The notes under the pieces: model-generated
Told to the model about the DNA's origin: nothing
Databases searched by the model: none
Seen by the model: only the letters and a program-made list of their open reading frames with translations
Shown: positions 26,277 to 36,507 of the stretch, piece after piece
Numbering within the stretch: the first letter of the stretch is position 1
Layout: every line of letters begins with the position of its first letter
Translations under genes and position numbers: made by a program
DNA from: a virus
Lineage: Duplodnaviria > Caudoviricetes
Virus record (IMG/VR): IMGVR_UViG_2596583540_000001
Coordinates: 1,510 to 65,509 of that record
DNA: 64,000 bases
Direction: 5' to 3' (one strand)

Positions 26277-27476
26277 TTACCGTGGAATATTGATAATAGA
26301 GCAGGACGCTTTTGGCTGCGTACCTTGAAGTCCCATTTTTGTTTCAACAACGAACTTATCATAGGTACCAGTTTTAGGTAATCCCTGTACTTCATGGGTT
26401 TTGGTAAAGAATCGGTTGTCCCAGTACTGCATGTCAAGAATATCAATACGGTTATCCGGATAGAGCGGATGGATATTAGCATTGATAGTACCAAATGCTC
26501 CTGTATAAGTCGTCGCCACCATACTAATGCTTTTATCTTTACTACGTTGCGTAGTAGTCTGTGCCAAAACAAGTTTATTCCAAGCCTGATATTTACGGCC
26601 AGAAATAAACATTTCGGTAGGATTACCTCCACGACGGAACGCCATTTCCATTGCGTTATTAATATCATCCAGTGTAAAATCTGTTTTACCGTCAAGGGCA
26701 ATAACATTATTTTTTACAACAAACGGTTTTGTACCACTATCAGTAGGAATGACCTGCTGCGTTGTATCTTTTTCAATAGCACCCTGCATAGTATTATAAA
26801 TCGTAAATTTGGTGGTTGGATTCGTATCATCGGTACGGATGTAGTATACTAATCCGGATTTCAATCCTCCCGGTATTTTATCTGCCGTAAAGTACACAAC
26901 ATCACCCGTTTGTAAATGTAGGGTATCAGCAACAGTAAATATTCCCGTAGTAGTATCAATCGTAACCGCTTCATTTGAAAGCTGCATAAAAAATGGAACA
27001 CCACCGGACCGCGCCGGAGTAGTAGCATCTCCTGCCACTTTTTTATTGCTGGTAACAAGCATATATTCAATATCTTTGGATTGTCCAAGGATAGCATCAA
27101 ACTTGGCATCATCAAGATCAGAGCCATGTTCATTGTTATATGCCTTTGCCATCAGGTTTTGATCATCGGTTACATAACCGGAGTTCTGGAAACGCTGGAT
27201 ATTGTTGCTCATACCTTGAATGCTGCCGACTTTGCCAAAGGCATAATCTTCCATTTCAAGATGAGCATTGTCCTGAGGTGGACGAAGGCCTTTTGTCATC
27301 CAAGTAAAATCAAGTTCAGTTGCCGGTTTTGTTGTACCGAATTTCGGCAGGAACAGGGTTTGTTCCGGATCAATATTATACAGTATCGGTGTTAAATCTT
27401 CTGAATGTCCGATTGCTTCGTAGGATACTGACTGCGAAGAGGAAGGACCAAGGTTTCTTTGTACATCTGTTGGCAT
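26277..27476 (-). CDS. Major capsid protein (SU10/DUF5309-like) with inserted domain
   Basis: EDLTPILYNIDPEQT, NNIQRF, KDIEY, FGTI, LPKTG motifs; follows scaffold gene. Confidence 0.8.
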   Translation of the reverse strand: MPTDVQRNLGPSSSQSVSYEAIGHSEDLTPILYNIDPEQTLFLPKFGTTKPATELDFTWMTKGLRPPQDNAHLEMEDYAFGKVGSIQGMSNNIQRFQNSGYVTDDQNLMAKAYNNEHGSDLDDAKFDAILGQSKDIEYMLVTSNKKVAGDATTPARSGGVPFFMQLSNEAVTIDTTTGIFTVADTLHLQTGDVVYFTADKIPGGLKSGLVYYIRTDDTNPTTKFTIYNTMQGAIEKDTTQQVIPTDSGTKPFVVKNNVIALDGKTDFTLDDINNAMEMAFRRGGNPTEMFISGRKYQAWNKLVLAQTTTQRSKDKSISMVATTYTGAFGTINANIHPLYPDNRIDILDMQYWDNRFFTKTHEVQGLPKTGTYDKFVVETKMGLQGTQPKASCSIINIPR

Positions 27477-27503
27477 TTTTATTTTCTCCTTTGTTTAAAA
27501 AAA

Positions 27504-28781
27504 TTATTTTCGTTCTTTAGACCAAAATTTATGCAGCATGGCACGCCGATCACGGATTCCGACAGTACGTAATTTATTAAAGTCAAACGCTTTCGGCGTT
27601 GATGTTGTACCGGTTCCCGGTTTCTCAACCTTTGGAACAGGTGTTTTTTTAGGCGTAGTAGATAAATCATTTTTCTTTGCATACCAAGCAACACGACTGT
27701 CTTCATAGTACTTTTGCAATACTTTACATTGTTGCGGGTTGATCGTACCGGCATTCATCGCATTTACGGCATCCGCAATTATATGAGCATCTTGATATGG
27801 CATTGCTTTGTAGTATGTACTCATAAACTGATTAATAGCAGCAAAGTTTTTTTCTTTTGACATGGCATCTGTAACAAAAGTCGCAATATCGTTATAAACG
27901 CTTTTCTGCGACTGCTGCGCCTGTTGTTTTTGATACTGCTGCATTTGCACACCGTTAATAAGCTGCTGCCTATTCCATTCAAGAGCTGTTTGATATTGAC
28001 TGATTTTTTCCTTTTCATTTGCATCATCAGAATATTCAGCAATTTCAAGATCCTTTGCAGTAAGCCCCAACTGTTTTAATGCAGCATCTTTAGCCATAGT
28101 ATCAATCTTGGCATATAATTGTTTTTGCTGCTCCACCGCCTGTTTCTGCTGTTGCTGTTTCAATTGTGCCTGCTGCGTCTGCATCATTTGCTGCTGTTGC
28201 GTTTGTTGTGATTTATACTGATTGTACTGATAGAGATATTGAGGTGGAATACGCCCTTCATTAACATTTCCCATCTGGATTGCCATATTTAACTGTTCAA
28301 GAGTATATGGCTGGGTATTAATGAGTGGTTCCGTATTGGTCGACTTAACCTCTGTATCCTTTGTATCAGACGGTTTCTCCTCTGATGTATCGTCCGGTTT
28401 ATCGGCTACAGTAGCTTCATTGGATTCCTTTTGGGTTTCCGTTGCTGTTTCTTCCTCTATTGATGATGTTTCTTTATCACCTTCGCCGGTAACCTCCGCC
28501 GGTTTTGCTGCCGATTGTTCTTCTTGTGCTGCATCATCAGTAGAATGCGTTGGTTCCGCAGCACTCGTAATAATTCGACGATGCCCTGAACGATCAATAT
28601 AAAGCTTTACCTGTTGAGCTGGTTTTTCCTCAGACACTGGTGTAGATGTTTGTTTTGGTGACGCAGCTGGTTCATTACTAGGCGTTCCTGATGCCGGGGT
28701 TCCTGCGGGGGCGCCCGTGGTAGTGGATGGAGTTGCTTCTCCACCTTCTGCAAATCGTTGTAAATTAAAATCAAATTTCAC
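27504..28781 (-). CDS. Capsid scaffolding protein
   Basis: FNLQRFAE N-terminus, acidic disordered region, Q-rich coiled coil. Confidence 0.75.
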   Translation of the reverse strand: MKFDFNLQRFAEGGEATPSTTTGAPAGTPASGTPSNEPAASPKQTSTPVSEEKPAQQVKLYIDRSGHRRIITSAAEPTHSTDDAAQEEQSAAKPAEVTGEGDKETSSIEEETATETQKESNEATVADKPDDTSEEKPSDTKDTEVKSTNTEPLINTQPYTLEQLNMAIQMGNVNEGRIPPQYLYQYNQYKSQQTQQQQMMQTQQAQLKQQQQKQAVEQQKQLYAKIDTMAKDAALKQLGLTAKDLEIAEYSDDANEKEKISQYQTALEWNRQQLINGVQMQQYQKQQAQQSQKSVYNDIATFVTDAMSKEKNFAAINQFMSTYYKAMPYQDAHIIADAVNAMNAGTINPQQCKVLQKYYEDSRVAWYAKKNDLSTTPKKTPVPKVEKPGTGTTSTPKAFDFNKLRTVGIRDRRAMLHKFWSKERK

Positions 28782-28808
28782 CTGTTTTTCTCCTTCCCAT
28801 AATAAAAT

Positions 28809-29120
28809 CTAGTCCGCATCATTTTTCTTGCTTTTGGCAAGTTTTATAATGCTCATCATATAATTATAAAAAGCAATTGCTGTCCTATATTGTGCCTGCA
28901 ATTGCTCTGGATACTGTACTTTAGGAAACAGATTAAGAGCTTCCCGTTCTTGAATTTTCATAAAATCATCAAGAAAGTTTTTAAGATTGTCCGCTTGTTG
29001 TCCCTGTTGGAGAAGTCCCGCCAGATATTGTTTGCGGCTGTTGCTGTCCTTGTATGCTTGGCCCTGCCCCACTGTTTTGTCCCGTAGGTGTTCCAAGCGG
29101 GTTTTGAATTGTTCCAACAC
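28809..29120 (-). CDS. Small phage protein overlapping the portal 3' end
   Basis: AAGGAG RBS before GTG at 29120. Confidence 0.55.
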   Translation of the reverse strand: MLEQFKTRLEHLRDKTVGQGQAYKDSNSRKQYLAGLLQQGQQADNLKNFLDDFMKIQEREALNLFPKVQYPEQLQAQYRTAIAFYNYMMSIIKLAKSKKNDAD

Positions 29121-31320
29121 GTTTAAGCAACTCCTTTTCTGCGATATCCATTGGTGTAACATTCGTCGCTGCATTGGCATTCATAATCTGCATTTGTGTA
29201 TTAGGCGGTAAATCGTCTAAATTTGCCCTGACTGATGGTGTCTGTGCAACTGCAAGTTTGCCTTCATTCTTCATCTGTTCAACGGCAAGCTGTGCTTCTA
29301 ATTGCGCTTGGTATTTAATTGCCGCCAGTTGAACAGCCTGTTGTTGTACTTGTTGCTGCTGCTGTTTAGCTTCATCACTTGAAGGATCAAGCAGAATACC
29401 TGATGTATTTTTCAATCCCATTTCTTCCAATAGTGCCGACCCTGCCTCATAATATGAGTTTGGTGTAGCAACGCCTTGTGCGCCAAGTGTCGGAAATACA
29501 TTTGCAAGAAGAGCCATATACGACTGTATCCTTGCTTCCTTTGTTCCTGCGCCATCGCCAACATTAATTACTAAGTCAACATCCATATCCATATCACTGT
29601 TGCTAATAGATAAGTTCTGCCCTTTATAAGGAAAAGTCTGTACCGGTTCGCCATACTTTTGATTAAGCAGAATAAGGAAACGCACCATCGGAATAATCCA
29701 ACTTTCAGCTATCAGCCGTGCCATAAGTTTAATACGTTTATCACTTTGTCCAAGAATAGCAGTAAGCCCCGTAGCTGTTTTATTCAAACTATTAGCATCA
29801 AGACCTTGATTATACTTTGTACTGCCTGAACGATTTTCTACTTCCGTTTCAGCGTATTCAATCATTGACATTGCCATTTCGGATATCTGGTATTGCGGTA
29901 CACTATATATAACGGTTGATGGATCATCCTTTGTTGGTACATATTCTTCACCGGCAAACAAAGCATCTGCATCAATTTTGGAATAGTTGATAAAACTCTG
30001 CCTGTCATTATTCTTAGCAACGTTAATAATAATTTGCCGTATGAGTGCCGTTTTAAGATCCTGTAACGGTTCAAGTTGTTCTGCAAATCCTTCTTCCGGA
30101 AAAATACGACGGTTATCCCGTGTGGCTGAAATGGTAAAGAAAGGGGCAATGCCAAACTCATTTGTCTGAATAGACAATGGCGTATCTCCTACACAATGTA
30201 CAATCAAATATTCATAAATACCATCATCGTTATAATCTACTTTAAGATAGCATTCATATAATTCCACATCTTTACTAGCATTATCACTGTCTGTGGCCTG
30301 CATCTTTGGTTGTGTTAATACTGGATTATTGTATATATCGGCAGCTGTATAAGTTGTATCTCCCGTTTTTTCTAATGCTTCATCAACATTTTTAAAGTCG
30401 CCGTCCGCTTCTTTCCGTTTGAGATAATCACCTTTGACAATCTTACGATGAGCAACAAACTTGCACTGCTGAATACTGGATTCTTCCGGCGTAAATCTTA
30501 ATTCTGTCGGCGGAACATACTCAACAACCGGATAATTGGAGATAAGCTTTACATGATCAAATTCGACTTTATACAGATCATCTGCATCTTTGATCGAAGA
30601 TATATCGGTAATCTCAATGTCACCGCTTAAAGTCGCTTCCGTCAGCATGATTGCAGTCTGCACGTCGGCAATATTAAACATCATTTTATAATGGTCACGC
30701 TTTTCTTCTCGCTTCCACCAACATTTTGATACTCCAAGATTTAAACCTAAACCATCAGTCACAACATCATTGATTAATGATGTATAGTTGTTTTTACGTG
30801 TGAGCTGATACTCTATCAACCGCTGCAATGTTGTTGCTGTATCATCATTTTCAATGGTATTGCCCGCAATCGTAACAGGACTTTCACTACCCGTAAAAAC
30901 TTCTACTAATGATGGCTTAATCCAGTCAATTACATTAGCAATATCATAGGAGACAAATTTACTGCGCTCTGATAACTGCGGGAATTTTTCCTTATACAGT
31001 TTTTGATCAGCCTTAACTAACCGTTGACGATCAATTAATTTCGGTTCTACAACAGATTCATAGTATTCCTTTGATACCGCTATCCCATCTTTTACAGAGG
31101 TCATAATCTTGTCAATTTCATCTTGTGAAAGCGTATCAAGTGACACTGGTTCATCTGTTGGTTCCGCTTGCTGCATCAACCAGTCAGATAATGACGGCTG
31201 CTGTCCTTGTCCAAATAAGCTTTGCGGCATTTGTGGCGGTGTATCTGATTGCATTTGCATAGGAATCAATCCTTGTGCTTGGTCACCGGCCTGCGCTATC
31301 GAATTATTAATATCTTCCAT
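28981..31320 (-). CDS. Portal protein (podovirus-like)
   Basis: IKPSLVEVF, VELYECY, QG.DANSLNKTATG motifs; start MEDINN after AAAGGTGG. Confidence 0.85.
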   Translation of the reverse strand: MEDINNSIAQAGDQAQGLIPMQMQSDTPPQMPQSLFGQGQQPSLSDWLMQQAEPTDEPVSLDTLSQDEIDKIMTSVKDGIAVSKEYYESVVEPKLIDRQRLVKADQKLYKEKFPQLSERSKFVSYDIANVIDWIKPSLVEVFTGSESPVTIAGNTIENDDTATTLQRLIEYQLTRKNNYTSLINDVVTDGLGLNLGVSKCWWKREEKRDHYKMMFNIADVQTAIMLTEATLSGDIEITDISSIKDADDLYKVEFDHVKLISNYPVVEYVPPTELRFTPEESSIQQCKFVAHRKIVKGDYLKRKEADGDFKNVDEALEKTGDTTYTAADIYNNPVLTQPKMQATDSDNASKDVELYECYLKVDYNDDGIYEYLIVHCVGDTPLSIQTNEFGIAPFFTISATRDNRRIFPEEGFAEQLEPLQDLKTALIRQIIINVAKNNDRQSFINYSKIDADALFAGEEYVPTKDDPSTVIYSVPQYQISEMAMSMIEYAETEVENRSGSTKYNQGLDANSLNKTATGLTAILGQSDKRIKLMARLIAESWIIPMVRFLILLNQKYGEPVQTFPYKGQNLSISNSDMDMDVDLVINVGDGAGTKEARIQSYMALLANVFPTLGAQGVATPNSYYEAGSALLEEMGLKNTSGILLDPSSDEAKQQQQQVQQQAVQLAAIKYQAQLEAQLAVEQMKNEGKLAVAQTPSVRANLDDLPPNTQMQIMNANAATNVTPMDIAEKELLKRVGTIQNPLGTPTGQNSGAGPSIQGQQQPQTISGGTSPTGTTSGQS

Positions 31321-31355
31321 ACTTTCACCACCTTTCATTAAGATTTCGTAGTACA

Positions 31356-31443
31356 TGGCGGAAAGGATGGGATTTGAACCCATGGAGCAATTCGCTCTCT
31401 TGCTTTCAAAACAAGTACCTTAAACCAACTCGGTCACCTTTCC
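31356..31443 (-). tRNA. tRNA-Ser(TGA)
   Basis: Acceptor GGAAAGG/CCTTTCC plus GCCA, anticodon arm CTTGT-TTTGAAA-GCAAG, variable arm, T arm ATGGG-TTCAAAT-CCCAT. Confidence 0.9.
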
Positions 31444-31586
31444 ACAAAAAAGGACAGTGTGTATGCCACTGCCCCTATATCGGCACGTTAAATACCGTCT
31501 ACTGTATCAACGTACATACCATGCGTTAATATCTCGACAGGCTAAACCGTTACCAAATGTTTATATGAATAAGGTATTGCTATAAT

Positions 31587-32036
31587 TTATTTTGCAAATT
31601 GCCAATCATCTGCTAACATGTCTGCTTGACTTGCAAGCCAGCCTAATTGGATACCAGATGTTCCTACAAATGCTATAGCCTTATTACCCATTTGATCATG
31701 ATTTACATTCTGCATTTTATTATCTGGATTCATATAACTTACGTGAGTAGCAAGTTCAATATACTGTCCTTTACCATTCCAACCTTTACGACAAACTTTC
31801 TTTCCAAGTTTTACCGCTTCAATAGCAAATCCAAAAGTCATACCATTTGTTTTTTTATATGCATTTTCAAACGCATCTCTTGGCGACCATGATTGATAAC
31901 CACCTTCATATTCAACTAAATATCCATTGGCATTGTTATCTTCACCACTTGCAACGGGATGTCCAAGATGTTTTTCTGCATTTCCTTTTGTCATGTGTTC
32001 ACCATGAACGATTTTCGTTCCAATATACTGTTCCAT
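31587..32036 (-). CDS. DUF2829/Tad2-like protein with additional N-terminal domain
   Basis: MTFGFAIEAVKLGKKVCRKGWNGK..WLASQADMLADDW. Confidence 0.8.
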   Translation of the reverse strand: MEQYIGTKIVHGEHMTKGNAEKHLGHPVASGEDNNANGYLVEYEGGYQSWSPRDAFENAYKKTNGMTFGFAIEAVKLGKKVCRKGWNGKGQYIELATHVSYMNPDNKMQNVNHDQMGNKAIAFVGTSGIQLGWLASQADMLADDWQFAK

Positions 32037-32462
32037 TTATTTATCCTCCTTAAAATTAATAAACCATTCTCTCTGTAAATTATATTTTGCCATAATTAGA
32101 CTCTTTGCCATTTGTTCCAGTAACATGTGTTCCGTCTGCATTAGGGATACTTCTTCATAAGAAGGATTTGATGCATCAACTAAATTATATTTAAGGTGTA
32201 ATAATTCATGCACTAAAATAAGTTCCTGACAGAATTTAGATATGCGGCTTTTAGCATCATCATCTGGAATGCAAATACTAATAACAGATGCCTTATTGGT
32301 TATTTGAAATGTGTTATGACCTGCATCATCATCCGTCATTTGAATACGTGGCAACAGATTTAATTTGATAATCCAATCATCTAAAAACAATCTATTCTGC
32401 CATTCATGTAAACAGTCATAGGCTTGCTTAATTGATGTGAATTCTATAATAGGCTCTGTCAT
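32037..32462 (-). CDS. Zincin-like metallopeptidase-fold phage protein
   Basis: LVHELLHL motif with downstream E. Confidence 0.6.
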   Translation of the reverse strand: MTEPIIEFTSIKQAYDCLHEWQNRLFLDDWIIKLNLLPRIQMTDDDAGHNTFQITNKASVISICIPDDDAKSRISKFCQELILVHELLHLKYNLVDASNPSYEEVSLMQTEHMLLEQMAKSLIMAKYNLQREWFINFKEDK

Positions 32463-32465
32463 TTT

Positions 32466-32636
32466 TTATTTTCCCCTGACTTTATTCAATGCCGGATTTT
32501 TTCGTCTGGCGCCTGCCGATGCCCTGCGGGTACCAGAGGCAAGTTCTGCGGATGCCGTTTTCAATGATACTCCTTGACGTTGTGCAATGAGCACAGCATT
32601 GTTCTTAAATCCTTTTACTTTTTTACGTTTCGCCAT
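32466..32636 (-). CDS. Small basic phage protein (56 aa)
   Basis: AAGGAG RBS; MAKRKKVKGFKNNAVLIAQRQG..; below the ORF track cutoff. Confidence 0.65.
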   Translation of the reverse strand: MAKRKKVKGFKNNAVLIAQRQGVSLKTASAELASGTRRASAGARRKNPALNKVRGK

Positions 32637-32649
32637 AATTCATTACTCC

Positions 32650-32799
32650 TTATTTACTGGGTTCGGTATTCTGTTGAGTACCTTCATTGGCTGTAGCTGT
32701 GGATTTCCCTGATTCGTTACTATCCATACTTTCTTTTAAAGCAGCTACATCTTTTACTAAACCATCAATAATTTTTTCATCTTCTTCGCGTGTACGCAT
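32650..32799 (-). CDS. Small phage protein (49 aa)
   Basis: AAGGAGGTG RBS; MRTREEDEKIIDGLVKD.. Confidence 0.6.
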   Translation of the reverse strand: MRTREEDEKIIDGLVKDVAALKESMDSNESGKSTATANEGTQQNTEPSK

Positions 32800-32823
32800 A
32801 ATCATCACCTCCTTACATAATAT

Positions 32824-34335
32824 TTACATACAACCGGCTTTACGTACCCGGCCACGGCTTTTAGCTTTCCATTCATCAAAACAATTGGTATTCTTTTGGC
32901 CATACATCTTCGCACATAGATATCCGATACAGTCCATTAAATGACTGTAGTCATTCTTTTCCGGTTCATCTAAGATACGATTTGCAACAACCTTACGATG
33001 ATAACCGCCTTGGAATCCTTCAATAATCCTTGTACACGATGGATCAATCAACATCATTGGCTGTCCATCTGATGTAAGTGTCGTTAGGTAATACCTCACC
33101 GCTTCACTCCGTGCTGTTTGTGTAATAGCCCCCGGCGATACATAGATACCAAATTCATTCTGCAATAATTCATTGGCCGTCTTTTCATCTGCCTGTGAGC
33201 GTTGGTTTCCTGCCGGATCACCGGTATCATTTGCGGCATAGCCTGAATAAAATGTCCCCATTTCTGCCCGTACTGCTTTAGCATGATTTCTCATTCCACA
33301 ATCAAATGACTGCAATTCATCCAGTATTAACAACTGACCTTTTGCCGTCTGCTGCGCTATTAATGTCGCCGGTGTAAGTCCATAGTCCCATGTCCGTTCT
33401 AATGGCCGTCCTTCCAACGGTTTCAATGGTTCTTTAGCTACATGACGTTCATAGGAAAATTCTGGGTAATACTTCGGATTAATGGACACATTCCAATTGA
33501 TTTCATATTCACGTTCCCAGCCTTCAGTTGTTGCACCGGCTTTTTCATTAGCGATCCATACAGGATCACGCTTTATCGGATCAGCCGTATAATGGATACG
33601 TGCAATATAAGCACCATTTCTACGATATTCATGAACACCTGTTAAATCATCATGTGATTCCAGTTCCTTATCATCTGACTGTTCATTAATTTTCCCTGTA
33701 ACTAACCGTTTAAAAAAGCCCGGATTAGCCGAGCTGTCCACGATAATTTTCCCTCCGCCTTGGATAACAGGCCGGAAACTGTTCCATGTGCTTTCTGCCT
33801 TTTCCCAGAATGCCATTTCAGTAGCATACAAAATAGAGGCTGTATACTGCCGTAACTGGTCTGGTCCTTCAGCGATGGCCATAAATGTAGTACCATTGTC
33901 GAATTGGATGTATCCATAGCCGAGCTTATCTTTCGTTGCCCGGATAATCTGTGGCCATGAATGATGCATCGGTAAATGATGGTACATAAATAATAATCGG
34001 TCATCACTCATAAGATATGTGCTGTCTTCAAACTTCTTAGATTGAATGAATATAGCAAGATTCGGATTAAACATTGCTGCATATAATAAATTAGCCAGGC
34101 ATCTCCAAGTCATCATCATCCGGCGACTCTTCGGGAATATACTTATTTTTTCTCCTGTAATAATCTTATCAACACGTTTGAGATAATCCTTCTCCGGAAA
34201 GTGTTTTACTTTTCCTTCATCTGCTTCATCTCGTGTCAAACAACATTCTTGGATAAAAGCCGTCTTGTTATGCTTCCATTCTCGCCATTCAAGCAGTTGC
34301 AGCAGTTCATTTTTTTCCTTTTTAGTTAGTGCCAT
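32824..34335 (-). CDS. terL: Terminase large subunit
   Basis: KSRRMMMTW Walker A-like motif, WDYG, GDPAG, SHLMDCIGY nuclease motif. Confidence 0.9.
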   Translation of the reverse strand: MALTKKEKNELLQLLEWREWKHNKTAFIQECCLTRDEADEGKVKHFPEKDYLKRVDKIITGEKISIFPKSRRMMMTWRCLANLLYAAMFNPNLAIFIQSKKFEDSTYLMSDDRLLFMYHHLPMHHSWPQIIRATKDKLGYGYIQFDNGTTFMAIAEGPDQLRQYTASILYATEMAFWEKAESTWNSFRPVIQGGGKIIVDSSANPGFFKRLVTGKINEQSDDKELESHDDLTGVHEYRRNGAYIARIHYTADPIKRDPVWIANEKAGATTEGWEREYEINWNVSINPKYYPEFSYERHVAKEPLKPLEGRPLERTWDYGLTPATLIAQQTAKGQLLILDELQSFDCGMRNHAKAVRAEMGTFYSGYAANDTGDPAGNQRSQADEKTANELLQNEFGIYVSPGAITQTARSEAVRYYLTTLTSDGQPMMLIDPSCTRIIEGFQGGYHRKVVANRILDEPEKNDYSHLMDCIGYLCAKMYGQKNTNCFDEWKAKSRGRVRKAGCM

Positions 34336-34442
34336 CAAAACCACCACTTTGTATAAACACAAAACGGAACTGACAACTTTATGTTATCAATCCCGTTATA
34401 CTAGGTATATTAATGTATAAACATACAACAATCACAAAAATA

Positions 34443-34940
34443 TCAATGCTTTTGCTTTGATTCTAATTCCGCAATACGCTTATCAGCATCCTCATCACTC
34501 ATATTGCATACATTGATTGGGCCGCCATCTTTACCGGTAATCTCGGTTTCCTGCTTATCACGCCATTCATCCCGCTTACGATTTTTAAGCCAGAATATCT
34601 GTGCCGTTGGATTAGGCTGCACAACTTTATGTACAACCTTTGTTACCACTAATTTGCCGTCTTTATCTGGTTCTTTCGTTGTTTCGTCATATTCCCAACC
34701 ACAGGCAGCTTTATGTAATGCATTTTCTACTTGCCGATCAGCTACATCTTTGGATTCTTTTAGGACCTGCGCTATCTGCGGAAATCTGACCTTCCATTCA
34801 TAAAATGTCCGATCACCAATCTGCATATTCTCGGCTATCTGTTCATCCGTCAGTCCATCACGTGCCCAGCCTTGGATACGCAACAGCCCTTCATTCGTCA
34901 GCCATTTTTCATATTTTCCTTTACGTCCTGCTTTTGCCAT
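34443..34940 (-). CDS. terS: Terminase small subunit
   Basis: GWARDGLTDEQIA HTH, AQIFWLKNRK, EITGKDGGP. Confidence 0.85.
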   Translation of the reverse strand: MAKAGRKGKYEKWLTNEGLLRIQGWARDGLTDEQIAENMQIGDRTFYEWKVRFPQIAQVLKESKDVADRQVENALHKAACGWEYDETTKEPDKDGKLVVTKVVHKVVQPNPTAQIFWLKNRKRDEWRDKQETEITGKDGGPINVCNMSDEDADKRIAELESKQKH

Positions 34941-34999
34941 ACTATCACCTAATTTACGTACTAAAAAAGCACCCATTGCTGAGTGCTGTAAATTAACTA

Positions 35000-36064
35000 T
35001 TATAACAATCCTAATACCTTCCAATTTTTACTTTGATCTGCACAACCTTTATACCCCGGAAATAAATGTGCTGTTAGATAATCTTGTTCTCGTAAAAAAC
35101 GTAAAGTTGAATTAATATCTTCACTAGGGAATATGAATTTATATAAAACGGCTTCATTATCCATCTTTTTAACAATTCCTTTCCAGTCGTCATCATTAAA
35201 ACTGTTTTTACAATAATCTGAAATAAGTTTTTCTAATGCTGCATTATTTGTATCTCGTAGTTCATTCTCATAACTTTCTTTTCCTTCATCGGTACATAAG
35301 TTTAACCGCCATGTTGTTAAAATACCTTTTTGTGCACATATATTAGGATTTTGACTATACTGAGGAACTACAAATTCTAATGGGATAGTATCTTGTTGTG
35401 TTTTAATCTTTTTATACCTAAGAGTCCCAATTTCAGCTGTATTCAACGCCCAAATAACATACGATCTATTCGTTCTTTTTTTTAAATTTTTAAGAGTTGC
35501 AAAATACGCAGCAACTCTTACATCAAAAGTCCAATCCAACATTCGTGTTGGCAAACCATAATGTTGTGCTAACGCAACAAAATTCAAATACATATCAGAA
35601 ACCCATTGACCCTTTTCCATTACATTTTCAAAAACATTTTTCTTAATATTTTCTAAATCAGTATTTGTCATAGTTTCTAAAATTTCTTTATTGCTATATA
35701 TTTGAGTAAATTGATATTTGCTAAGATTAATATCTCCAGGTATAGGTAATCCCTGAAAATTACATTGTTTATAAAATTCTTCTAAAAATTTAAATTCATT
35801 AAAAAAACAACTCTCAAACGCTGTCTGATAATTGCCTGAAACCAAAGAATAATAAGGGGAACTCCGAAACCATCTGTGAAATGAAGGAATTAATTCATAA
35901 GAAGCATCGTGCATTCCTCTAAAAATAAAATCTTTATAATTAAACTCAAGACATTTGCCTGTCCTATTCTTTTTGTTGGTTATAGGTTCAATAAAATTTT
36001 CTTCATAAAATTCTAAAAAGCTGTCATATTCAACCGTTTTTACGCTTTGCCATTCTTCTTCCAT
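35000..36064 (-). CDS. FRG domain protein
   Basis: IFRG, AQHYGLPTRMLDWT, AQKG motifs; low GC. Confidence 0.9.
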   Translation of the reverse strand: MEEEWQSVKTVEYDSFLEFYEENFIEPITNKKNRTGKCLEFNYKDFIFRGMHDASYELIPSFHRWFRSSPYYSLVSGNYQTAFESCFFNEFKFLEEFYKQCNFQGLPIPGDINLSKYQFTQIYSNKEILETMTNTDLENIKKNVFENVMEKGQWVSDMYLNFVALAQHYGLPTRMLDWTFDVRVAAYFATLKNLKKRTNRSYVIWALNTAEIGTLRYKKIKTQQDTIPLEFVVPQYSQNPNICAQKGILTTWRLNLCTDEGKESYENELRDTNNAALEKLISDYCKNSFNDDDWKGIVKKMDNEAVLYKFIFPSEDINSTLRFLREQDYLTAHLFPGYKGCADQSKNWKVLGLL

Positions 36065-36233
36065 AGGATATCACCTCAATTACGATAATATCATAAAGTT
36101 CGAAGAATTAACACCTCAATTAAATCAAAAGCCGCCACTGTATCAAGTGACGGCTATCCAGAAAGGAGACATTGAATCATAGACCTATGCAAACTCATTA
36201 CTTGTAGTAGTGTTTTACATAATTCTACTGTAT

Positions 36234-36270
36234 ATAGTATAACAGTTTTTGAAGCTTCTTATTCCGCGAA
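36234..36270 (-). promoter_or_regulatory. Putative phage late promoter
   Basis: Extended -10 TGTTATACT on minus strand, no canonical -35, upstream of FRG/terminase genes. Confidence 0.45.
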
Positions 36271-36335
36271 TAAAAATAAACTATTTATCTCAAATATATT
36301 TTATAATTACTAAAAATCATATTTATCATGTATCT

Positions 36336-36387
36336 TATTCACTTTTGAATATATTCAAAAGTGAATAGATTATTCTTAAACGAATAG
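36336..36387. promoter_or_regulatory. Putative enhancer (UAS) for the sigma54 activator
   Basis: Perfect 32 bp palindrome made of two TATTCA-N4-TGAATA sites, plus a third TATTC-N6-GAATA. Confidence 0.7.
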
Positions 36388-36436
36388 CACACAAACAAAA
36401 ATGCCTTATTACAGGCATTTTTTCTATAAAAATATT

Positions 36437-36452
36437 TGGCATAAATATTGCA
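36437..36452 (+). promoter_or_regulatory. sigma54 (-24/-12) promoter
   Basis: TGGCAT-AAATA-TTGCA. Confidence 0.85.
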
Positions 36453-36507
36453 TATATATTATCGCATGAAATAATTTAATCACCATTACATCATTAGGAG
36501 GTATATT

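Noticed and set aside
26204-26707. ORF overlapping the capsid 3' end as a programmed frameshift extension
   Set aside because: Would add only about 24 residues, no clear slippery site identified, composition looks like an off-frame read
31321-31383. Portal start at 31383 from the ORF track
   Set aside because: Lies inside the tRNA; RBS supports ATG at 31320
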